DNA from: Candidatus Avibacteroides excrementipullorum
GTDB lineage: Bacteria; Bacteroidota; Bacteroidia; Bacteroidales; Bacteroidaceae
NCBI GenBank assembly: GCA_018711405.1
Contig: DVIH01000088.1
Coordinates: 26,633-90,632, forward strand
Length of the DNA: 64,000 nt
Direction: 5' to 3'
A model generated the notes under the pieces. That model saw only the letters and a program-made list of their open reading frames with translations. It did not search any database and was not told the origin of the DNA. The translations under genes and the position numbers were made by a program. Of this stretch, positions 59,079 through 64,000 are shown piece after piece. Each line of letters starts with the position of its first letter. The stretch's first letter is position 1.

Positions 59079-59157
59079 GATGTGCGCCATCTTTGCCCAA
59101 GATGTCCTACATCTTTGCCAGGGATGTACGCCATCTTCACCCGGGATGTGCGCCATC
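59079..59157. repeat. 22-nt-phased intergenic repeat array F (4 units)
   Basis: Cores are at 59079 GATGTGCGCCATC, 59101 GATGTCCTACATC, 59123 GATGTACGCCATC and 59145 GATGTGCGCCATC. Linkers are tttgcccaa, tttgccagg and ttcacccgg. It has the opposite orientation to array E. Confidence 0.9.
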
Positions 59158-59317
59158 CCGAAACGGCCTCCTGAAAGCATTGTCACACGCTTTGAAATAT
59201 ATGTTACAGATGTTGTATTAACAAATATTAAAATCGCAATAATAAATGATAATAACTTTTGTTTTACAATTTGATTGTTTTTCTTTGCAGCCGAAAACAA
59301 TCAGGAGCTAAAATTCC

Positions 59318-59743
59318 ATGCAGCGATACGCAGCCAAAATAATACTGATGCTTATGCTTGCCCTTTCGTTCTCACCCGACATCTGTGAGGCATACGGCGA
59401 GAAAGGTGAAGACACACTGCCGCTCTACATAGAGACCCCCTGCTACGGCAATGACGACCTCATACCCCAAAGCCGTAACGAATGCAACCTCTACAATGAT
59501 CATTACAACACTTTCAGCAATTCAAACGACATGAACTGCACCCTGCCCACATGCTTGGGCAGAGTGTCGAACCGCATACAGCAAAACGTCATTTCATGGT
59601 CGCGGCTGCTCATGTTGCCCTGCCCCGTGCATGAGACAAACATATCGCCGGACAAGACGGAAAGCAAATTCACGACAGACCTCCATCCGGACATCTGCCC
59701 ATGCGAGCCCAATGTATTTGCATTGAGAAAAATCATCATTTAG
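59318..59743 (+). CDS. hypothetical small Cys-rich secreted protein
   Basis: 141-aa ORF with a signal-peptide-like N-terminus (AKIILMLMLALSFS), 9 Cys, and a preceding AGGAG. I recognise no homology, so coding status is uncertain. Confidence 0.4.
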   Translation: MQRYAAKIILMLMLALSFSPDICEAYGEKGEDTLPLYIETPCYGNDDLIPQSRNECNLYNDHYNTFSNSNDMNCTLPTCLGRVSNRIQQNVISWSRLLMLPCPVHETNISPDKTESKFTTDLHPDICPCEPNVFALRKIII

Positions 59744-59895
59744 CCAATCCTGCAGGGCATCCCTGCACGCATCCAGACATTCACACGTCCATTTCGGCGC
59801 GGCTGAAGCCTGCACCGGAAGCATTGGCCGCGCGGAAAAACAATCAGAAAGCACAATCAAATCAATTTCTAATAAACAAAAAACTATTAAACATT

Positions 59896-60708
59896 ATGGA
59901 ATCTAACAAAAAACGAGGGAATTCCTTCAAAGGAATCCAGGCAGCAGGCTGGGTAATCATAGCTTGCTTTATCGTAGCAGTCTTAATCTATCATTTCGTG
60001 TTCGGCAACCCTGCCAACTTCATGAACAACGACCCCAACAACCACCCGCTTCCGGGCAACTTCTTGGGAACAATCTATAAAGGAGGTGTCATCGTGCCTG
60101 TCATACAGACATTGCTGCTCACAGTGCTTACACTCAGCGTTGAACGTTTCTTCACCCTGCGCGCCGCATTCGGACGCACCAAACTGGTGAAATTCGTGGA
60201 GCAAATCAAAGAAGCCCTCAGCAAAGGCGACCTGGACAAAGCTCAGGCCATCTGCGACAAGCAGCGCGGCTCTGTAGCCAACGTTGTAAGCGCAACACTC
60301 CGCAAATACCGCGAAATGGAAGTGGCTACCGACATGACCAAAGACCAGAAGATACTGGCCATCCAGCAGGAACTGGAAGAGGCAACCGCCCTCGAACTGC
60401 CCATGATGCAGCAAAACCTGCCCATCATCGGAACCATCTCCACTCTCGGTACATTGATGGGACTTCTCGGAACCGTGATCGGTATGATCCGTTCGTTCGC
60501 AGCATTGTCGGCCGGAGGCGGTACAGACTCAGTGGCATTGTCTACAGGTATCTCCGAAGCCCTCATCAATACCGCATTCGGTATATTGACCGGAGCTTTG
60601 GCCGTAATCTCCTACAACTATTACACTAACAAGATTGACAAACTGACATACAGCCTCGATGAGGTAGGCTTCTCTATCGTGCAGACTTTCGCTGCTACTC
60701 ATAAATAA
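59896..60708 (+). CDS. exbB: MotA/TolQ/ExbB proton-channel family protein
   Basis: It starts at MESNKKRGNSF, and the upstream ORF extension is rejected. Three TM helices are present, plus the conserved GLLGTVIGMIRSF and ALxTTAxG-like region. Confidence 0.9.
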   Translation: MESNKKRGNSFKGIQAAGWVIIACFIVAVLIYHFVFGNPANFMNNDPNNHPLPGNFLGTIYKGGVIVPVIQTLLLTVLTLSVERFFTLRAAFGRTKLVKFVEQIKEALSKGDLDKAQAICDKQRGSVANVVSATLRKYREMEVATDMTKDQKILAIQQELEEATALELPMMQQNLPIIGTISTLGTLMGLLGTVIGMIRSFAALSAGGGTDSVALSTGISEALINTAFGILTGALAVISYNYYTNKIDKLTYSLDEVGFSIVQTFAATHK

Positions 60709-60760
60709 TCATGTTTCCTGACAAAAAAGGAAATCAACTTTTATCGAAAGGAAATCAATT

Positions 60761-61369
60761 ATGAGTAGGGTTAAAATACAGAAAAAGTCCATGTTCATCG
60801 ACATGACGGCCATGAGCGATGTCACTGTATTGCTGCTTACTTTCTTCATGCTCACCGCAAACTTCGTGAAGAAAGAACCGGTACAGGTAGTCACTCCGGC
60901 CTCCGTCTCGGAGATAAAGATTCCCGAGACTAACATACTGTCGATACTGGTCGATCCTACAGGCAAGATTTTCATGAGCCTCGACAAGCAGGCCGACATG
61001 GCCGCCACCCTCGAGGCAGTGGGACAGGAATACGGAGTGACTTTCACCCCTGAGGAGATAAAGAAATTCTCCCTGCTCCAGACATTCGGAGCACCCATGA
61101 ACCAGATGAAATCTTTTCTCGGACTGTCGACCGAACAGCAGGACAAGCTATTGAAAGACATGGGTATCCCCTGCGACAGCACGGACAACCAGTTTAAGGC
61201 ATGGATACGCAACGCACGTGCCACAAACCGCGACCTCCGCATAGCTATCAAGGCAGACCAGAATACCCCTTATTCTGTCATAAAGAATGTAATGACTTCG
61301 CTTCAGGATTTGAGAGAAAACAGGTACAACCTGATAACCTCTTTGAAAACAACTTCTGACGAACAATAA
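60761..61369 (+). CDS. exbD: ExbD/TolR family biopolymer transport protein
   Basis: 202 aa. The N-terminal motif DMTAMSDVTVLLLTFFML contains the TM helix and conserved Asp. Confidence 0.88.
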   Translation: MSRVKIQKKSMFIDMTAMSDVTVLLLTFFMLTANFVKKEPVQVVTPASVSEIKIPETNILSILVDPTGKIFMSLDKQADMAATLEAVGQEYGVTFTPEEIKKFSLLQTFGAPMNQMKSFLGLSTEQQDKLLKDMGIPCDSTDNQFKAWIRNARATNRDLRIAIKADQNTPYSVIKNVMTSLQDLRENRYNLITSLKTTSDEQ

Positions 61370-61383
61370 TATGGAGGACTATT

Positions 61384-62049
61384 ATGGCTGAAATACAAGA
61401 TAACGGAGGAAACGGCAAGAAAGGCCGGGAAAAGACCAAGCAGAAAAAGATGACTGTCCGCGTGGACTTCACGCCTATGGTGGACATGAACATGCTGCTC
61501 ATCACGTTCTTCATGCTGTGTACCACCTTGAGCAAACCTCAAACGATGGAAATCAGCATGCCTTCCAACGACAAGAACATCACCGAAGAGCAACAAAACA
61601 AAGTGAAAGCCTCGCAAGCCGTAACTTTGCTGCTGGCCGATGAAGGCAAACTTTATTACTATGAAGGAGAGCCCAACTACGAGGACTACACTTCGCTGAA
61701 AGAGACCACCTACGATGCAGACGGACTGCGCAAGATGCTGCTCCGCAAAAACTACGATGCAGTGAAACAGGTGAACGAACTGAAAATAAAGAAAGCCAAC
61801 CTCGAAATCAGTGAAGACGAATACAAGAAAGAAGTCGCAGAAGTGAAAGGCGGAAAAAACACTCCGACCGTGATAATCAAGGCTACGGACAACTCCACCT
61901 ACAAGAACCTTATAGACGCATTGGACGAAATGCAGATATGCAGCATCGGAAAATACGTGATAGTGGACATCACCGACGGCGACAAATTCTTGATCGACAA
62001 CTATAATTCAAAAGGACAACTGAGCGCCCAAGCGGCAGGAAATGTGTAA
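61384..62049 (+). CDS. exbD: ExbD/TolR family biopolymer transport protein (second copy)
   Basis: 221 aa with motif DFTPMVDMNMLLITFFML. Confidence 0.88.
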   Translation: MAEIQDNGGNGKKGREKTKQKKMTVRVDFTPMVDMNMLLITFFMLCTTLSKPQTMEISMPSNDKNITEEQQNKVKASQAVTLLLADEGKLYYYEGEPNYEDYTSLKETTYDADGLRKMLLRKNYDAVKQVNELKIKKANLEISEDEYKKEVAEVKGGKNTPTVIIKATDNSTYKNLIDALDEMQICSIGKYVIVDITDGDKFLIDNYNSKGQLSAQAAGNV

Positions 62050-62068
62050 CACCTAAAACAAAGCAATT

Positions 62069-62884
62069 ATGTCAAAAATAGATTTAACCTCTTTGGAATG
62101 GTGTGAACTCATTTTCAAAGACAGAAACAAGAGTTACGGGGCGTACAAAATGCGCCAAGACTTAGGCCGGAGGCAAACTTTCGCATTGATATTGGTGAGC
62201 GTGGTGGCCCTGGTGGGCTTCATGCTGCCGAGATTCATACGCATGGCACTGCCCGAGCAGAAAGAAGAGATGGTAGAGGTAACACAACTTTCGGCTTTGG
62301 AAGAGCCCGAAGTAAAAGAAGAAAACATAATAAAGAAAGTGGAACCGATAGCACCTCCGCCGGCACTGAAGAGTACCATCAAGTTCACCGCACCAGTCAT
62401 CAAGAAAGATGAAGAAGTGCAGGACGAAGATATGATGAAAAGCCAGGACGAACTGACCGAGACTAAAGTGCAGATCTCCATTGCCGACGTCAAAGGCAAC
62501 GATGAGCTGAACGGACAAGACATTGCCGATCTGCAGGAAGTCATAACGCAGGCTCCGGAAGAAGAGGAGGAAGTGTTCACTATGGTTGAGCAGATGCCTC
62601 AGTTCCCGGGCGGAAACACCGAACTGCTGAAATACATATCCAAGAATGTACGCTATCCGGCCATAGCTCAGGAAAACGGCATCGAAGGACGTGTGATAGT
62701 CAGATTTGTGGTCGAGAAAGACGGAACGATAGGTGAAGTGCAGGTAGTAAAAGGCGTCGATGCATCGCTCGACAAAGAAGCGGTGCGCGTAGTCAAGACC
62801 CTGCCGCAATGGGTTCCGGGCAAACAGAACGGACGCAGCGTAAGAGTATGGTTCACACTGCCGGTCACTTTCAGACTGGAGTAA
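62069..62884 (+). CDS. tonB: TonB family energy transducer
   Basis: 271 aa with an N-terminal TM anchor and a Glu/Pro/Lys-rich linker. The C-terminal TonB domain is EQMPQFPGGNTELLKYISKNVRYPAIAQENGIEGRVIVRFVV. Confidence 0.9.
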   Translation: MSKIDLTSLEWCELIFKDRNKSYGAYKMRQDLGRRQTFALILVSVVALVGFMLPRFIRMALPEQKEEMVEVTQLSALEEPEVKEENIIKKVEPIAPPPALKSTIKFTAPVIKKDEEVQDEDMMKSQDELTETKVQISIADVKGNDELNGQDIADLQEVITQAPEEEEEVFTMVEQMPQFPGGNTELLKYISKNVRYPAIAQENGIEGRVIVRFVVEKDGTIGEVQVVKGVDASLDKEAVRVVKTLPQWVPGKQNGRSVRVWFTLPVTFRLE

Positions 62885-62899
62885 TATAAGGAAGACGGC

Positions 62900-63850
62900 A
62901 TGACACACAGGACAAAGATATTATTATGCATGGCAATCTTGCTCACCCTCGTCTCATGCAGGCAGGGAGGCAAAAGCTTGGATGACGGGCAGACGCTATA
63001 TTCGGGTGAAATAAAAATAGCCGTAGACGAATCGTTCAAGCCCATCATCGAAGAAGAATTGCAGGTATATCACGCCCTCACGCCCGAAGCTACAATCACT
63101 CCCATATACTGTAGCGAGGTGGAAGCCGTCAAACTTCTCATGGACGACAGCGTGCGGCTGGTCATAGCCAACCGCATGCTGACGGACGGGGAGACAGCAT
63201 ATTTCAACGCACGCAAATTCTTCCCGGAGTCCATACGCTTGGCAGTAAGCGGCATAGCCCTTATCACCAACAAACAAAACAAAGACTCACTCATCACCGT
63301 ATCGCAGTTCCGCGACATACTCACAGGAAAGGTAACCGAATGGAAAGAACTTTATCCGGAGTCGGAACTGGGAAAAATACAAGTAGTGTTCGACAACCCC
63401 AATTCGGGCACCATACACTATGCCATAGACTCCATTTGCAGGGGAGCGGAACTCTCGCCGAAACTGACTGCCGAAAAAAGCAACGAAGCAGTCATAAGCC
63501 ATGTGGCAACCACGCCCAACGCAATAGGAGTGATAGGAGCCAACTGGATAGGCAACTCGGCCGACACCACACGCCTGTCGTTCAACGAATCGGTAAGGGT
63601 CATGGCAGTAAGCGCAGCGGGCAAAGCGACTGTGGAAAACAGTTTCAAGCCCTACCAGGCATATCTCGCCCTGTGGGAATATCCGCTGACTCACAACGTC
63701 TACATCCTCATCAACGACCCGCGCGGCGCACTTCCCACCGGACTTATGACTTTCCTGACAAGCGACAGAGGACAAAGGATCATCCTCAAATCGGGGATAG
63801 TCCCGGCCACGCAACCTGTCAGGCTGGTAAATGTAAAAGACGAATATTAA
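62900..63850 (+). CDS. PstS-family (phosphate-binding-protein-like) periplasmic lipoprotein
   Basis: 316 aa with lipobox LTLVSC and a type-2 periplasmic binding fold resembling PstS/PBP-like_2. No pstCAB genes lie adjacent. Confidence 0.7.
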   Translation: MTHRTKILLCMAILLTLVSCRQGGKSLDDGQTLYSGEIKIAVDESFKPIIEEELQVYHALTPEATITPIYCSEVEAVKLLMDDSVRLVIANRMLTDGETAYFNARKFFPESIRLAVSGIALITNKQNKDSLITVSQFRDILTGKVTEWKELYPESELGKIQVVFDNPNSGTIHYAIDSICRGAELSPKLTAEKSNEAVISHVATTPNAIGVIGANWIGNSADTTRLSFNESVRVMAVSAAGKATVENSFKPYQAYLALWEYPLTHNVYILINDPRGALPTGLMTFLTSDRGQRIILKSGIVPATQPVRLVNVKDEY

Positions 63851-63865
63851 CAATCAGGACTAAAT

Positions 63866-64000
63866 ATGATAATGAAAAAAAGATTTTTAAGTTTACTTTG
63901 CGGCGGCATACTGATGTCAGCATCCGCCTTGGCGCAAGACTACACGCTTGCTCCGGAGCTTGCCCAACAGGTAAATCAGATAGCCGAAACTATCAAGTCA
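63866..64000 (+). CDS. secreted protein, 3'-truncated by window end
   Basis: ATG at 63866. The 45 codons MIMKKRFLSLLCGGILMSASALAQD... remain open to the window end. A signal peptide is present. In related clusters this position usually holds a TPR protein, but that cannot be verified here. Confidence 0.45.
   Translation, partial: MIMKKRFLSLLCGGILMSASALAQDYTLAPELAQQVNQIAETIKS

Noticed and set aside
20605-59157. Whether the phased arrays could be CRISPR arrays.
   Set aside because: Units are only 22 nt, made of a 13-nt core and a 9-nt linker. The 'repeats' vary in type and orientation within an array, and the 'spacers' recur between loci. There are at most 5 units per locus and no cas genes in the window.
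1-64000. Mobile elements, prophage, integrative elements or defence islands.
   Set aside because: No integrase, transposase, recombinase, phage structural, restriction-modification, toxin-antitoxin or cas-like ORF is recognisable. Gene content is syntenic housekeeping, and tRNA-Val shows no flanking direct repeat of its 3' end that I could find.

Overview
This window looks like a core chromosomal segment of a Bacteroidota genome, most likely Bacteroidales. The evidence is gene content, TAnnTTTG-type promoter motifs, four proteins with T9SS-type C-terminal sorting domains, and the DUF5683, DUF2851 and DUF4838 families. It is densely coding and mostly housekeeping.

**Gene content, in order:**
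- typA/bipA, a stand-alone tRNA-Val(TAC), and an orphan radical-SAM gene.
- A complete dcw cluster: rsmH-ftsL-ftsI-murE-mraY-murD-ftsW-murG-murC-ftsQ-ftsA-ftsZ-yqeY. It has no mraZ, murF or ddl.
- pnp.
- A co-directional block on the minus strand: arginine-deiminase-family gene, MATE transporter, GH92 mannosidase.
- parA-parB-DUF5683-lytic transglycosylase, dedA, and relA/spoT.
- A T9SS repeat protein, then GH20 hexosaminidase plus a DUF4838 protein, then ribD.
- The envelope block: beta-barrel protein, uppS, bamA, skp, skp, then murI.
- Three T9SS-cargo-like surface proteins.
- DUF2851 plus a CBM9-like gene.
- exbB-exbD-exbD-tonB plus a PstS-like gene.

I see no transposase, integrase, CRISPR array, rRNA, or recognisable defence or toxin system.

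**Most unusual signal.** The sequence contains a dispersed family of intergenic tandem arrays at six loci, with 4-5 units each. Every unit is exactly 22 nt: a 13-nt GAT-N7-ATC-type core plus a 9-nt GC-rich linker. A small repertoire of cores is reused in both orientations. Some arrays fold into long hairpins followed by T-tracts, which is terminator-like. Others are purely direct repeats. I cannot match them to a family I know.

All coordinates come from reading the sequence by eye together with the supplied ORF track. No database search was possible.
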